Assembly: GCA_013239625.1 (NCBI GenBank)
Contig: MU054117.1
Coordinates: forward strand, 3,214,677-3,278,676
Length of the DNA: 64,000 nucleotides
Origin: Lama guanicoe
Lineage: Eukaryota
Direction: 5' to 3'
This document shows, one piece after another, positions 37,718 through 49,829 of the stretch (positions are counted from its first letter, which is position 1; each line of letters opens with the position of its first letter). Below the pieces are notes generated by a model. That model did not search any database, had not been told where the DNA came from, and saw only the letters and a program-made list of their open reading frames with translations. Both the position numbers and the translations under genes were made by a program.

Positions 37718-37765
<48 letters not shown>

Positions 37766-38318
37766 TCTGTTTCATATTCTTTTCCATTATGGTTTATTAC
37801 AGGATATTGAATATAGCTCCCTGTGCTACACAGTAGGACCTTGTTCTTTATTTTATATATACTAGTTTATATCTGTTAATCCTACACTCCTAATTTATCC
37901 CTCTACCCCACTTCCCCTTTGGTAATCATAAGTTTGTTTTCTGTGTCTATGAGTCTGTTTCTGTTTGATAAATAAGTTCATTTGTATCGTATTTTAGATT
38001 CTACGTATGTGATGTCATGTGATATTTATCTTTCTCTGTCTGACTTTTCATTTAAGTATGATAATCTCTAAATCCATCCATGTTGCTGCAAACGGCATTA
38101 TTTCATTCCTTTTTGTGGCTGAGTAGTATTTCTCTGACTATATATTTATACATATAGACACCACATCTTCCTTATCCAGTCATCTGTTGGTGGACATCAG
38201 GCTGTTTCCATGTCTTGGCTGCTGTCGGTGCTGTGAACACTGGGGAGCAGGTATCTTTCTGAATTGGAATTTTCTCCAGCCAAATGCCCAAGAGTGGGAT
38301 TGCTGGGTCATACAGTAA
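37642..38318 (-). mobile_element. LINE-1 3' fragment with embedded (TG)n(TA)n microsatellite (about 37720-37765)
   Basis: gttgattcgcaatgttgtgttagtttctg...ccatccatgttgctgcaaacggcatt...gcccaagagtgggattgctgggtcata. Confidence 0.92.
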
Positions 38319-39229
38319 CTTTTTTTTTTTGAAATGCCTACTTCTTCCTTCGGTTCTATCAGATTTTGCTTTATGTATTATGACACCCACGAGAGTCAGT
38401 TCACACTTCATTTTCTCTGAAGAACTTCCCCTGCCTCCTTGAGCAGAAGTCACCCCTCCTGCGGCCACGTTCTCACGGCCCCTGCGCACGCACCGTCATC
38501 AAAGCTCTCAAGGCGCTCGCGGCTGGCTGGCGTCAGTGCGCGTGCCCCGCGCCGCGTGGTGTGCTCTTCCCAAGGCAGACACTCTGCATTGTTCATTTAC
38601 ACCTCTCCTTTTCCTGGCAGAGCACAGGGTACCCTTGAGCTTTCAGGTGTACGTACATCCACTAACTGCTAACTGACTTGCTCTCATGAGGAGCAGAAGG
38701 ACGGCGCCCAGAAATACAGGACAAACCAAGGTCTGGAAAGGCATCTTCAACCTGACCCAGGAACGCGCATCACAGAGGGCCGGCAATGTCAGCCTCTGCT
38801 CGGGGACATGGTGTGGTCACTGCTGTTGGCGGATGGTCCCAGGCTCCACCCTGAGTCTCTCACCGCCTCCCAGCCCACCTCCCCTCCTTCCCTGGGTGAC
38901 ACTAGGTCCCCCCGCATGGGAGAGACTCCTTGCTTTCATGTCATGGGAGTATGTAAATAAGGCCCCAGGGCTCAAGGAAGATTTCCACAGGGAACTGATG
39001 ATTAAAACGAAACCCAGGGAAAGGCAGGAGGCGGCCCAGCGCAGAGAAGGGAGCAGCAGCACCGCAGGCAGAGAAGACCGACTGATGGCGGTGCCCACGT
39101 GGCGTCTCGGAGGCCCTGGCGAGTGGGAGCTGCAGAGACCCGGAGAGCCCCTGCCCCATCTGCGGGGACAGGAGGCCGGCAGCCCGAGAATGGGGGAGGG
39201 AAGGGCTGTTGACGTATATTCCCATTTCT

Positions 39230-39372
39230 GACAGAATCTGGAAATCTGGACTTTTATGAGAAATTCTCTAGTTTTAAATGTCGGCTCCACTTTTTAAAAA
39301 ATACTGTATGTGCCAAATAAAACACACCTGTGGGTTTTAATGGGCCAATGGGTAGCCAATTTGGGAGCTCGG
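39230..39372. mobile_element. MER103-like hAT MITE fragment
   Basis: ggaaatctggacttttatgagaaattctc...aatactgtatgtgccaaataaaacacacctgtggg...gccaatttgggagctc. Confidence 0.6.
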
Positions 39373-39449
39373 GGTTAGAACAGACACAAAGGGGCCACAA
39401 CGAGCGAAGAGAGAGGCCAGGGTGGGAGAAAGGACCACATGGCAATGAA

Positions 39450-40300
39450 AGGCTATTGAAGGGTCTTAAATCTGGCCAGGTGGGTGTTTCAGGGGGCTCA
39501 CGCTGGTTGCAACATGGAGAACCAATGGGAAAGAGTCAGCAGTGTGAGGAGGACCAGTTAGAAAATAATTATAGTGGTAACACAGGTGAGAGGTGTAGTG
39601 GCCTGGTGGCAGGTGGTGGCACTGGCAGAGGATAGGAGTGGATGCATTTAAGAGAGATTCTGGATCTAGAACCATGGGATTTTCTGTCTGACTGTGAAAA
39701 AAAAAAGGAACAAGAATGCTGTCTGGCGAGGAGGGCAGGTATAGCTCAGTGGTAGAGTGCACGCTTAGCATGCATGAGGTCCTGGGTTCAATCCCCAGTA
39801 CCTCCATTAAAATAAATAAGTCAATAAATAAACCTATTACCCGCCCCCCAAAAAACCCAAAGACAAACAAACAAATCATAAAAAGTAAAATATTGAAAAA
39901 AAAGAATGATGTCTGGGTTTCTGGCTTAGATACCAGAGTGGGATTTGGTGTCATTAATAAGAGAGAAGACACACAGGAGGAACAGGTGTTGGGGAGACAT
40001 GCGCTCCACTTTGACCATGTTGCATCTAAGGTTCCAGCACTCCCGAATGGAAATTTCTAGTGGGTGATTGGATTTCAAAGAAGGAGAAATTTGTGTTAAA
40101 AATACAGATTTTGGAGTCATTGGCAGGTCATAGGGAGGTTAAGATCCCTAAGGAAGAGTCTTTAGGGCGAGAGCAGAAAAGGGTCCAGGACAGAGCCCAT
40201 CGGGGTGAGGAGAAGAGATGACATTGCAAGTCAGTCCAAGGAAAGTCAGAAGAGAGGGAAGGAAACCAGTAGAAAACCAAAGTGTGGTTTCCTGGGCTCC
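39450..40300 (-). mobile_element. L2 fragment interrupted by a Vic-1 SINE
   Basis: gggtttctggcttag...ggaggaacaggtgttgggg...tttgaccatgttg...acagattttggagtcattggca. Confidence 0.7.
39727..39901 (+). mobile_element. Vic-1-like tRNA SINE (long form) with TSD
   Basis: gtatagctcagtggtagagtgcacgcttagcatgcatgaggtcctgggttcaatccccagtacctccattaaaataaa...acctattacccgccccc. TSD aagaatg(c/a)tgtctgg at 39712-39726 and 39902-39916. Confidence 0.95.
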
Positions 40301-40317
40301 AGGGAGAGGTGTGCTTT

Positions 40318-40818
40318 TCGAAGTACAGTCAGTTTGCAGTGTTGTGTCAATTTCTGGCAGGCAGCACAGTGCTTCAGTCACACACGGACAGACATAGATT
40401 CCTTTTCATATTCTTTTTCATTATAGGTTACTACAGGATAATGAATATAGTTCCCTGTGCTGTGCAGAGGGCCTTGTTGTTCATCTATTTCACATATGGT
40501 AGTTAGTATCTGCAGATCTCAAACTCCCAGTTTATCCCTTCCCACCCCTTTCCCCCCAGGAACCATAAGTTTGTTTACTGTCTGTGAGTCTGTTTCTGTT
40601 TTGTAGACGAGTTCATTTGTATCTTGTTCTTCTTCTTTTTTTTAGATTCCACATATGAGTGATATCACATGGCATTTTTCTCTCCCTTTCTGGCTTACTT
40701 CACTTAGAATGACAACCTCCAAGTCCATCCATGTTGCTGCAAATGACGTTGTTTTATTCTTGTTTATGGCTGAGTAGTATTCCATTGTATACATATACCA
40801 CAACTTCTTTATCCAGTC
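40318..40818 (-). mobile_element. Young LINE-1 3' fragment
   Basis: gaagtacagtcagtttgcagtgttgtgtcaatttctgg...ccatccatgttgctgcaaatgac...accacaacttctttatccagtc. Confidence 0.92.
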
Positions 40819-40929
40819 TAGATGATGAGAATTTTTATTCAGATACCCATCAGATTATTTATTACTTTTATCATTTTTTAAATTCAAAAATTATTAATCC
40901 TAGAATTTCAGTATTTTCTAAAAACCTAC

Positions 40930-43200
40930 AGTAACATCATACTTAATAGTCAAACATTGAACACTTGCCTCTAAGAGCAGGAAAGATGTCTGTCCACTCT
41001 CACCACTTCTATTTAACATTATAAGGGAGGGCATAGTAAGTACAAGAAGGCAAGAAAAGGAAATAAAATACGTAAGTATTGGAAAAGGTAAAGTAAAATT
41101 TCATCTATGACAGCATACCTAGAAAATCCACAGAAATCTGAATACAAACTGCTGTAACCAACAAGCACGGGAATCTAGCAAGGTTACTGGTCAACATACA
41201 CAAAGCAACTGTATCTGCATATGCTCTATTTATAGATATCATGTGTCCATATTTTCCATATATTAGCAGGGAATAATTGGGAGTTAAAACTAAAAAGCAG
41301 TCTCATTAACCACAGCATTAAAAGCGTAAAATTCCTGGGAACAAATCTAACAAGATATGTGAAAGCGCCTCATGCTGATAATTTTTAGATATTTCTGAGG
41401 GAAAAATGAAAGCAGCCCTGAATCACTGCAGAGATGCCGTGTCCGTGGGTGAGGGCGCTCACTGCTGCTGCCAGGCCATCCCACACTGATCTCTAGAGCC
41501 AGTGCGATCCCAACCAAAACCCCAGCAGCACTTTTGAAGAAACCGACCTGCTCATTCTAAGTTGTACATGCGCTGACAAGGCAATCTTAAAGAAGATGGA
41601 GAAACTGGAGAACTTACACTGCCATATTTCAGAAAAATAAAATCTATAGAAACAAGACAGCAAAGTACTGTCGTAACAAATAGCAGAGTAGACCAGAGAA
41701 GTCTGGAAATAAAACCACACAAATACAATCGCTTGATTTTTGACAAAGATGCTAACGTAATTCAACAAGGGAAGAAAGAACTTTTCAATCAATGGTGCTG
41801 TAGCAACTGGATACATGAAACGTGACCAAAGTTGGTTTAAGAGGAATCATAAAACCATGCATGACTTGCTAAACCAGAAAGCTTCTAGAAGATGCATAGG
41901 AAAACACCTTCATGACTTTAGAGTAAGAAAATATTGTTTTAAACAGGATGCAAAAAGTACTAAGGCTAAAATTTTGAACTTTATCAAAATTCAACATGTG
42001 TGCTCTCAAAAGACACCTAAAAAGTGAAAAAGGCAAGTCACGGACCGAGAGGAAATATTCACAATACATGGATCTGAGAAAGGACACATATCCAAAATGC
42101 ATTTTAAAAAAATCCTACAAAACAACATGAAAAAGGCAAAACATACAATTTTTAAATGGACAAAAGTCTTGAACAGGAACTTCATGAAAGATGATATTCA
42201 AGGGGCCAATAAACATTTGAAAAGGCGCTCAGTAAGCCACAAGGCAACTCCTTATCTTTATAAAATTAAGATCATCATTAAAATTATGACCACCTATTCG
42301 TCAAGACACTCTCACAAAGCAGAGAGTGGAAGAAGATGTTTGAATAATATATGCAAAAAGATTAGTATCCAAAACTCAAACATTCTTTCATATCAGTGGG
42401 AAGAAGACAAACATTTCCCCCCCCAAAAATTAATAAAATTAATGCCCCAAAATTTCACAGAAAGTAAGGCCCCAGTGCTCCATACGTATATGAAACTGTC
42501 TTCAACTATTAGTAACCAGGGAAATGCAAGCATACTTTTCAGACTCACCCGATGAGCAAGGATTCTGCCAGTTGCAAGGATTAGTGGGGACGGAATTACC
42601 CTGCGTTGCTGATGGGAATGTGAAATGGCGTAATCACTATGGGAAGTGACTTGGTTTTCGCACATGTGCACCAGGAGATTTTCACAAGAATGTTGTTTAT
42701 AGTGATATTCTCCATAAAAGAAAAACAAAATGTAAGCATACCAAATGTCCATCAACAACAGAGTGGAGAAGTCACTTGCGGTAGAGTCAGGCACAGAGAC
42801 ACTCCGGTGGTTAAAGAAAGTCTGTGAACTGGAGCTCTGCGTGTCAGCAGGGTGGACATCTCCAAATGTGACATCGGGCCAAAGAAACAAGGCACAGACT
42901 GCGTCCGACAGGATTCTACTTCCATGAGGTAAAATAAATAGACGAGAATTCAAGTGACTTGCAGTCCTACTGAGGAAGCAAAATCTTTAAAGAGAAGGAA
43001 AAACAATTAGCTCAAAATTTGCTCTGAGTGAGGACAGAGGAGATACGCAACCGGGGAAGGGCGTATGAGCCCTTCTGAGCCACGAAAATGTTCCATTTCT
43101 TGCCTTAGATGGTGAGCACATAAGAGTCTATTCTGCTGTTTTCCTTAAAAATTGTATAAATGTTTTTTCTTGCATTCCTTTGTTTTCTACCAGTTCACAA
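40930..43200 (+). mobile_element. Old LINE-1 (L1M/L1ME) ORF2 and 3' fragments
   Basis: ccactctcaccacttctatttaacatt...aaggcaagaaaaggaaataaaa...ttgatttttgacaaagatgct...aaatggacaaaagtcttgaacagg; heavily decayed. Confidence 0.8.
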
Positions 43201-43395
43201 CTTAAAGAAGTACCGTGATTCATATTACTAACCTCTGACTTTGTGAGCTCTGGATTGTACCTCATCATCCATAGTCTATAGTTTTTGAAAAGCTGGGTGT
43301 AAACTAATATTTCTTGAAAGGATTATCATTTTCTGTTGCTTTGTGAAACTGTTTCAAACAGAAAACATCTTAATTTTGCACTGATCCCCAGTGGG

Positions 43396-43590
43396 TGTGA
43401 TGGTTAGTTGTATGTGTCAGCTTGGCTAAACTGTGGGACCCAGATGTTTAATCCAACACTAATCTAGGTGTTGCTGTGAAGGTATTTTATAGATATGGTT
43501 AGCATCTACAACCAGCTGACCTCAAGTAAAATAAATTACATTTGATAATGTGGGTGGGCCTCGTCCAATCAGTTGAAGGCTGTAAGGGTG
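43396..43590 (+). mobile_element. ERVL LTR fragment (MLT2-like)
   Basis: tgtgatggttagttgtatgtgtcagcttggcta...ctaggtgttgctgtgaaggtattt...tgtgggtgggcctcgtccaatcagttgaaggc. Confidence 0.85.
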
Positions 43591-44559
43591 AAAATTTACG
43601 ATGTTAACGCTACTGAAAGACACAAAAGAAGATTTAACCATGCAAAGGCATACCATGTCCCCGAATTCTCAGCATCATAAACCGTCAAGACAGTTCATCT
43701 GTAAATTTAATGTCATCCCAATAAAAATACCAAAAGGGCATTTCTACCCTTTGTTTTCTGAGCATATAATTTTTTTAATGGTGGGTGTGTTAATATCATA
43801 CCACGTATGATTTTGATTGTTTCCTTTAATATTACATAATGAATATTTTCCATTGCAAAGTGTATTCTTATAATACAGATTTCCAACTTTTTACTGACGC
43901 AGAACTGAGATTACATTGATGCTTCCATTTCATTTTACGTCCCGTAGGCTGCGCCTTCTCAGAAAGAGATACATTTACAGCTGACATGGGTTAGCAGTGC
44001 CCAGCGTCTTCTGGCCTGTTTATGAAGAAAGGCACTGGATAATCTCAGGGTCCTTCCTTATGCGCTGTGATACTGGCTGGGAGAGAGAGACAGAAGCAAG
44101 CACACACTTCCTAGTGGGAGCCACCAAGTGGCAGAGCGGGTGGGAAACGCTAGCAATCACCCAGGAAGGTGCACAGACCTCCCAGGACCCTGACAAGTGG
44201 TGGTCGGGGGCCCAGCAGGCTCACGGACCCAAGAGCCAAGGCCGCTGAGAGCGCACCCCAATTCTCCACCGTGCCCCGGGGTCATATTTGCTGTCCGTGA
44301 GCACCCTTCTAACCCAAGGAATAGATTTAATGTACACATTTAAGTGCCTGCTAAGTGACAATAATCTGCTAGACACTAGGAATCAAAGATGGTCAAAATA
44401 CATGTTCTTGCCCCAAAGAGTTTCTACTCTGACAGAAAACTCCCTGTGGGAGCAATGGGAGCTGGAGGAGGGGGAAGATCCACCTGCCTGGGGGCATCAA
44501 CCAGGCTGAGCCAAACCTGTCTGTCCAGCATTAGAAGGTAAGTGCCTTTGCAGGTAAGT

Positions 44560-44878
44560 TCATTTACAAACCAGAAACAGACTCACAGACGTAGAAAACA
44601 AACTATGGCTACTAGAGGGGGAAGGGGTGGGAGGAGGGATACATTCGGAGTTTGGGATTAGCAGACACACACGACTGTGTATAAAATAAACAACAAGGAC
44701 CTACTGTACAGCCCAGGGAACTATATTCAATATCTTGTAATAACTCATAATGGAAAAGAATCTGAAAAAGAATATATATATATATATATATATATAAAAT
44801 AATTGAATCACCTTGCTGTACACCAGAAATTAACACAACATCGTAAATCAACTATACTTCAACAGAAAAAAAAAAGAA
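44560..44878 (+). mobile_element. Young LINE-1 3' end with (TA)n
   Basis: acaaaccagaaacagactcacagacgtagaaaacaaac...gctgtacaccagaaattaacacaacatcgtaaatcaactatacttcaa. Confidence 0.92.
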
Positions 44879-44989
44879 GGAGGAGGAGGTATGTACCTAC
44901 CGTGTCCTGGGGATGCAGCAATGCAAGGCTGGAGAATGGTTTCCACTTCATGACATTTGACCTGCACTTTGAAAGGTGACTGCACCCCC

Positions 44990-45420
44990 TTCTTGGGCTT
45001 TTCTCAAAAGCAGAGTCTCAGACAAACATTTATTTGGAAATGTGATCCTAGGGCACATGGAAGGGAAAACAAAGAAGAAAGGAAAGTCTCTCCGAGAATG
45101 CTCTATCCATTTGGCCACCAAGGGGGGATGGATGCCAGACTCTGCAAGATTCCTCCGAGAGGCTTGTGAAATCCATCTCAGAGCTGCAGCTCTGGAGAAC
45201 AAAAGGATGCAACATTCATCTTCCACCTCATCAGCCCATCGCTCAGGGGAGGTCCCACAAGTTGTGCTGGGGTGAGTGGGTTCCCCAGGGAGCCCAGGTT
45301 CTGGGGAAGGAAACAGGAGGCGAGGCCAGGTGAGTGAGGTGCTGTGGGGGTAGCTGGGCAGAGCCAGGCAAAGCTCGGGCAGACCTGGTGGCTACATGGA
45401 TGCAGGATTTAACAGGCAGG
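44990..45420 (-). mobile_element. ERVL LTR (LTR33-like)
   Basis: aaagcagagtctcagacaaacatttatttggaaatgtgatcctagg...gtgaaatccatctcagagctg. Confidence 0.55.
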
Positions 45421-45830
45421 GCCAGGAGGATTTCAAATGGCTCTTAAGAGGGTTCCATAAGCCATGGAAAGGCATCCTGGTGGGTCCAGCATCCGTAGGG
45501 GAACGTGGGGCACGTGGAGGCTGAAACAGACCAGAGCTGGGAAGAAACGCGGATGAGTCCTGAATCCAGGTCAGATTCTAGTGGAAATAATGTACCTTCA
45601 GTGGAAAGATAAAATAGTGCCTACCTCCTAGGGTTGCCGCATAAGGTGCCTGACACACCCGAGTAACTGTTGATAAATGTTCATGTCCCTTCTGGATAAA
45701 CCAAGTGGAGGATTCCACCAGCCCTGAAGGAGAATTCAAGGTTAGATGAACAATTACATTGACTTGGCTTTTCTCTGGCTGTAGTTCTTTGAAGGCTGGT
45801 GACAGTGCTCTTTTAAATTTTATAACACGT

Positions 45831-45953
45831 ACACACACACACACACACACATACACACACACAACACACACACACAACACACACACACATACACACACAC
45901 AACACACACACACACACAACACACACACATACACACACACACACACACACACA
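45831..45953. repeat. Long interrupted (AC)n microsatellite
   Basis: About 120 bp of AC repeats with recurring AT and AA interruptions. Confidence 0.95.
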
Positions 45954-46840
45954 AACCCAGGGCTTAGATAATAAATGCTTAAGAGGCACTGACGTTTGGC
46001 TCAGTGTCTCTCATGTGCAAGGACGGTGCCGAGCACTTTACACATGCTGAAGCCTTGTAAACAGGTGACCAGTAGTTGATCATCCATCAGCACCTGCACG
46101 GGCTAAAGAGAACATTGTGCCCTTGTGCCTGAGTCCTGCCGTCCCTCCGTGCCTGCGGGGCTGGGGTGCCTCCAGCCTCACTGAACAGGTGCTCCTCTTC
46201 GTCCTCCAAGGCTACCCAAGGGTTAAGGACCTCCAGGTTCTTCCTGCCCCTGCACGCCACCTACTTTTTCCCTCACTCCTCACTTCCTAGCAAGACTCCT
46301 TTTCAGCTGGGGTTAATCTGATTAGAGTTAAGGTGCTAATAGCTTGAACCAATGCCATTGAACAGTACCAGATAAAATCTGCATTTAAACAGGGGCTCCC
46401 CAAGGGCCAGAGGTTGGAATGTCAACACCTGGGTAGGGTCAGAGGCGTGGGGCTTGGGGAGGGGGCCTTTCCCGACCTCTGGGCAGCCTCCCATCTTCTG
46501 TCTAGCAATCCCTTTCACTAGCACAGTGTTTTATGGTCTGCAAGGCAATTTAATAATGACTTTCCCAGCTCTTGTGAGTGTCCGTGCTGCGCTAAGCACT
46601 AATTCAAACCTGGTTTGAATCCTACTTCCATCCCTTCCCTTTCTAGTCTGTTTCTCCCAAACTATTAGCAGAAATTGTCCACAGTAGGATTTCTGTCACT
46701 TCTAGGTGACAGCAATGGATGGGACCTGGTATGCGTTCAAACGAGACCTTCCTCCCTTCTTTGCCGCCCTCTCTGCTGGCCCTGCACAGCCCAGTGGTGT
46801 CAGCAGCCCTGACTGGAGAAATGGCTGGAGGAATCCTCAC

Positions 46841-46903
46841 CTTCCCTGATCTGACTCTGCCTTCGGGCCAGCTTTGATGTGGGCGTGTGTGGTCCTCAGG
46901 GAT
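46841..46903 (-). pseudogene. Candidate exon (63 nt)
   Basis: Acceptor gtggctccatctacag|, donor AAG|gtgagg, length a multiple of 3. Phase 0 reads IPEDHTRPHQSWPEGRVRSGK. Confidence 0.45.
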
Positions 46904-47160
46904 CTGTAGATGGAGCCACAGTGGCCAGCTGGGTCACGGTGAGGACCGAGACCTTGGGTGTAATTCGCTGACTCGCTCCTGACCATTCACTGAGCGCCTG
47001 GGAAAGCACTGGGTCCAGGACACCGAATATGGCAAAGACGAAGTCGTGCCTCAGAAAGCCCCCAGTGCGTTAGGGGAGCAGGAAGGAAGGGCAGGAGAGG
47101 AGGGGAGAGCCTGGGCTAGGGGCTGGTGGGCAGGCAGTGTATTGGGGAGAACTTCACAAG

Positions 47161-47250
47161 TTTTTTTTTTTTTAGTGAAGGTACTGGGGATTGAACCCAA
47201 GACCTCATGCATGTCAAGCACACGCCCTACCACTGACCTGTACCTGCTCC
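47161..47250 (-). mobile_element. Vic-1-like tRNA SINE
   Basis: polyT then gtgaaggtactggggattgaacccaagacctcatgcatg...ctaccactgacctgtacc. Confidence 0.9.
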
Positions 47251-47869
47251 CAACAAGGAGTTTTGACCTTGCCTCTCCTCTGTTGAGAATCACTTTCACA
47301 GACTCTTCATACTTCACAACTGCAATCCAGAGTTCCCACTAACCCAGTCAGCTGTTCCACAGGTGTGTCACTAAACTTACGAGACAGGATAGCACAACGC
47401 TCAAGAGCCACTTCCAGTCCGCCCCTCCCCGTGTTCATGTTCATTCAACATACGTGTGTCGGGTGCCCGCTTGTGTCTGGCACTGTTCTGAGCCCTGGGG
47501 GGCACAGGAGGGGGGCAGGACAGATGGAACTCCTGCCTTCACGGATTTACCTGTTATATACCTGAAACTAATATAATATTGTAAATCAACTATACTTCAA
47601 TAAAAGATAAAGTAAATAAAGTGAGGGTGGCGGTTGATAGAATTCAGACAACGCAAGCATCGTGCCCTTGAAATCACTGGCCAGATTTAGATCAAGGGCC
47701 CCTGCCTTGACTGCTGGGAAAGGAGTGTCCTGCACTGTCGGCTCCATCGTGGGAAGCAGGTTCTAAGAGTTCCAGCAAGGAAGAAGGAAGAGAAAAGACG
47801 CGGGGCGGGGACCAATGGCCTCCACCGCATGTACGCATACGTCACCGCATTACCAAAGAGCAGAAGCCC

Positions 47870-48400
47870 ATGAGTCATCTCTGAAAGTGTCTTCTTTCTC
47901 AGTCCATTTCCATTGATTTCCAAATGCTATTAATTTTGCCTCCGGGATGTCTGGCCCTTGGAGCTGCTCATTTTCCACGACTGTTAACATCCTCACCCAG
48001 GCTGCGCTCACATCTCCCCAGCTCAGAGACAGGTTTCCCGGCACCCATCCCTTCTCCTCCAGGCCGCTAGAATGACTTCTCCAAAAGTGACCACGCCCCG
48101 CCCTGCTTCTGGTGCTTGAGTGGCTTCCTTCTGCTCCCGGGAAAACGTCCACAGTCTCTGCAAGGGTGACAAGGCCCGTGTGCTCCGTGTCTCGTTCCAC
48201 ACCTCTCCGCCCCTTCAGACTCTGCATCCCACCTGCTCTGGCCTCCTTTCTGCTCCTGGACCACGCCCTGCCTCCTTTCCCTGTAGGGTCCCTGCCGGGG
48301 TGGACGCCTCCTCCACACACAGCTGTTCCCCCTCCAGCATCAGCCCCAGGCCCCCTGCTCATCCTCGGTACATGCCACCCTCCCTTCTTGTGCCCTCTCT
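47870..48400 (+). mobile_element. L2 fragment
   Basis: gagtcatctctga...gctagaatgacttctccaaa...gagtggcttccttctgc...ctggcctcctttctgctcctggaccacgcc. Confidence 0.7.
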
Positions 48401-48955
48401 GCCGGGGTCAGATTTCCAAGGGCAAACGCTGCACCAGTTAGGAATGACATTCACCTGTAAGCCATAAAGACACCCCCTCCCAGAGATAGTGGCTTAAATG
48501 ACGGGGGGGGGGGTGAGGGGCACCAGGATGGCGGTGTGGCTCTTTTCTCCCTTGAAACAAACCCCCCAGGTGTGGGTGGCCAAGCCTGCTCTCAGCTTTT
48601 CCTCACGTTCACCCGAGGGCTTCCCGGGGACTCGGGGCATTTTCTTCCTCCAGGCGTTCCTGGTTTGATGCTACAAAGTCAATTCCCGGTGACTTTGTAG
48701 GAATGAGAATCGGTGACAGCTTCACTCCCACGTGTCCAGGGATCTGCAGGCAGATGGAAGGGAGTGTGGGACCAGAGGTGGGCTGTGCCCCCCGGAAGCT
48801 GCTTGCCGAGATAGAACCAAGCCACGTCTGAGCAGGGGACTCGCCCTCGCCGCCCGTCCTCAAGGGCCCCTCAGCGGCTGGCTCACTGTGGTGTTCTGTG
48901 ATCTGATGTAAGAGGCTAGAGGTCCATGAGTTCCTGACCTTATTACATCACTCAC

Positions 48956-49033
48956 ATCCAAGGCTTGACTTCAAAATAGCAGATTAAGTCCCCCGAGAGG
49001 CACATTGTCCAGAAGCCTCTGGCCCACGGGAAT
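48956..49033 (-). pseudogene. Candidate exon (78 nt)
   Basis: Acceptor gactttttattctgtag|, donor GAT|gtgagt, length a multiple of 3. Phase 0 reads IPVGQRLLDNVPLGGLNLLF*SQALD; phase 2 is open (FPWARGFWTMCLSGDLICYFEVKPW). Confidence 0.5.
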
Positions 49034-49662
49034 CTACAGAATAAAAAGTCGATATGCTAAGTGTCCAAAATGACCCTTTCCATAAACACAGACCATGAGG
49101 AGTAGGTTGTAGATGGTCCATCCCGTAAAAAAATCTCAGCACTGACCTCACTGACCACTTTGTCTCCCAGACCAGGACCCCGAGGCTCAGGGAGATGAGG
49201 GGCTTCATCCATCAGGTTGGAGGCAGAAGGATGCCTGAGCCCGCACTTCACGTTAAACCACTCAGGATCCTCAGAGCCGTGGTGTGGGGGCCCCCATGGG
49301 AGCTGGGACCCCTTCCCCACATCTTTGCCCTCTTCTCTCCAAGGACGTGCAAAACAAAACAGAACAGCAAAACTGGAAGACAGCAGCCTGCAGCTTTCCC
49401 TGGGTAGTGTACAGCGTTCCACATTCATCCCCACAAACTCTCATGAGGGTCTGTCTCAGCCCCAAGTTCAGCACGCCTGTAGCTCCAGGCTTGTCAGCCA
49501 ACCTGTCAATAGACGAAGCGGTCTCTCCAGGTGCCGTCTTGTACGTGGTGGCTCCTCAGCTCCCGTGGCTGCGCACAGGACACGGGCCTGAAGCACAAGG
49601 CGGCAGATGGGGGCGCGGACCTGCTCCGTGTCCAGAGAGGACGACCCTTCAGTCCACCTCAC

Positions 49663-49829
49663 CCTGGAGAGGGACGCGGGGGAGACCCTCGTGGTGGGCA
49701 TCAAATGATTTCTGTTGAGTGTTTTCATCTCAAATTCAAAGTCCAAGGTTCCTGACGTAATTCTTTACTTAGTAATTGCATTACTATCCAATAAAAGTTT
49801 TTATAAGTCAGTCTTTCTGGATGGACTGC
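49663..49829 (-). pseudogene. Candidate decayed exon (167 nt, phase 1->0, two TAA)
   Basis: Donor AGG|gtgagg. Acceptor ambiguous (exon end 49829 or 49845). Reads SPSRKTDL*KLLLDSNAITK*RITSGTLDFEFEMKTLNRNHLMPTTRVSPASLSR. Confidence 0.35.
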
